Shown here: one piece after another, positions 18,203 to 20,000 of the stretch | Numbering within the stretch: position 1 is the stretch's first letter | How the letters are laid out: each line of letters begins with the position of its first letter | Made by a program: the position numbers and the translations under genes | Assembly: GCF_011745625.1 (NCBI RefSeq) | Contig: NW_027191475.1 | Location: forward strand, 361,920-381,919 | Origin: Cladosporium halotolerans | Taxonomy: Eukaryota | Direction: 5' to 3' | DNA: 20,000 nucleotides | Notes under the pieces: model-generated | The model's input: only the letters and a program-made list of their open reading frames with translations | The model's database searches: none | Told to the model about the DNA's origin: nothing

Positions 18203-19921
18203 ATGGCGACTCCATCCGATCATCCCAAAAAAGCATCTCTCATGGGTCTTCCAGTCGAGCTTCAGACTAGCATTTTGGATTATCTGACATTGAATTCGGA
18301 CAAGAAATCATTCTGCTTGGTCAGTAAGAAATCGCAGGCTGTCATGACAACTCTACTCTACAGGAACATGGAAATATCGGCATACCGTCTCCTCGCTGAT
18401 CCGCCTAGCATTCCATACGGTCGAGTTGGTCTGCCTCACGTTCGGACTTTGACCATCAGATACAGTGCCTCATGTTTGCATCAGATCACACATGCGATTG
18501 CCAGAAAAGTCCTTGATCTGATCTTTGCGCTCCCTGAGGACTCGCTTTCCTGGTTTGAGATAGACTATGGCTTCATGACGACGCTAGACATCCATGACGC
18601 CGCGCGCAAGAGACACAAGAAAATTCGCAACTATCAGCGTCATTCCCGCAATTACTTTACAGATGACCTTGAATCATCCGTGCCGCGGAGAAGTGATGAT
18701 GTGGCACGGGTGACGTGCCTACAGCTCCTCATCTCTTCACTTCACAAGCTCGACCACAAGTTGGTCTGGCTTTTGGAGCATACGCACTTACTTCCAGGCT
18801 CGAAATAACTTGCGACTATAATTCCTCGAGCGCCTTGCGGGCGCTTGTCGAGTTATCACTACACTCTCGAAACCAATTTTGCCCGCAGCCTCTCCAACTC
18901 CAGAGTCTATCGCTCCGGAACGTGGCTTTCACGGAAGTTGCATCTCTTCTACCGAGCCTCATTGATTTCAAAACCATCAAGCATTTACGATTGTTGGATT
19001 GTCTCGGAGTTGACTCTTTGTTTGAAATCCTTGAACCGCTCGATCTGAGCATCTCGTCGTTGTGGATTGATGGCAGAACTGCGATTCCCTGGAATGACCG
19101 ATTGGCAGTAACGGTCAATAACTGGATCAGTTCCTTGAAATCTATACGGACGATCTGCTTGCGCATCAGCAGTCCCGAAGAACACGACAGCATCAAGTTC
19201 GATCTTGACTGGTCAAGGTTGCATGCATTTGCTCCTGTGATCGAATGTCTTGAGCTTGACATCAGAAATTTTGGCGATGAGTCCTCCCGGAGCCTTCGTC
19301 GCTATTTTGATAACGCTGCCGCGAAGAGGATCCAAAACAAGCCTTCTATCAACGACTTCCTTGGAAAAGCTGCAAACTTGCGGCAGCTGTCTTTGACGGG
19401 GTTGATGGTCATGACTCACGACGAAAGCGACACTTGGAACCTGTGGAACATTTTCAGCCTGAAGGTAAGTTCAAAAGGTATTTCTCTCTGACGTCTTTCC
19501 GTACAGGGTAAAGAAGGTAGTCCAGCAATGCTTTTATGATTTCAATGCTTGTGTGGACCCTTTCAGCGACTTGTAAGTCATAGTTATCATATCGCTAACG
19601 CATTTTCAGGACATCCTGAGATATGCCAACAACCTTCGGATACTCAGATTGTTCGTTTGTATCAATATTGTGACCGCCGAACGAGGCTATCATGACCATT
19701 CCAACGTCCAAAAAGCCGAAAGCATCACTCACGACTTAGCCGGAGCGATCTTCAAGGCATTCCCCACGCTGTCCGCAGTCATCATCCGGGTTTGTGAAAT
19801 GGAATTCGGATATCCAGATCATTGCGAATACGCTTATCTGCGCTCGGGAGAAGTCGACCTCCCCGGCTTGAAATTTGAAGCAATAGACACGCGTCTCTTG
19901 AACATAGATCTTGAATCTTGA
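18203..19921 (+). pseudogene. F-box protein with Leu-rich C-terminal region, disrupted by an apparent 1-nt deletion near 18793 (pseudogene or sequencing error)
   Basis: F-box SLMGLPVELQTSILDYLTLNSDKKSFCLVSK. Frame 1 stops at 18808 while an overlapping frame continues with LRR-like LQSLSLRNV, IKHLRLLDC, LRQLSLTG. Intron 19465-19609 (GTAAGT..GCTAAC..CAG) joins in frame to the last exon 19610-19921. Confidence 0.65.
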
Positions 19922-19927
19922 TTTTCT

Positions 19928-19963
19928 CAATCAGATAATCAATCAGGTAATCAATCAATCAGG
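19928..19963 (+). repeat. Short imperfect (AATC)n-based tandem repeat
   Basis: caatcagataatcaatcaggtaatcaatcaatcagg just after the F-box stop codon. Confidence 0.5.
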
Positions 19964-20000
19964 TCCCTGATTGAGCTCGGACCTGAATAATCAGATTCAG

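Overview
Gene-dense, intron-containing filamentous-fungal (ascomycete, probably Dothideomycete-like) DNA; no rRNA, tRNA, CRISPR or recognisable transposon. Genes in order: WD40 protein (+), two tandem divergent hypothetical paralogues (-), a small double F-box protein (-) starting only 62 nt after a Pga1-like GPI-mannosyltransferase II coactivator (-), alpha-tubulin (+), a WW-domain Gly-rich protein (+), Ypt1/Rab1 (+), a Suz12-like PRC2 subunit with a C-terminal PHD finger (+) and a frameshifted F-box gene (+). Top observation: the first intron of ypt1 looks like a nested spliceosomal twin intron ([D3,4] stwintron). An internal intron splits the external donor GTG|AGT, and with consensus splice sites only two-step splicing yields the conserved MNPEYDYLFK N-terminus; one-step splicing from the consensus donor gives MNPE-stop.
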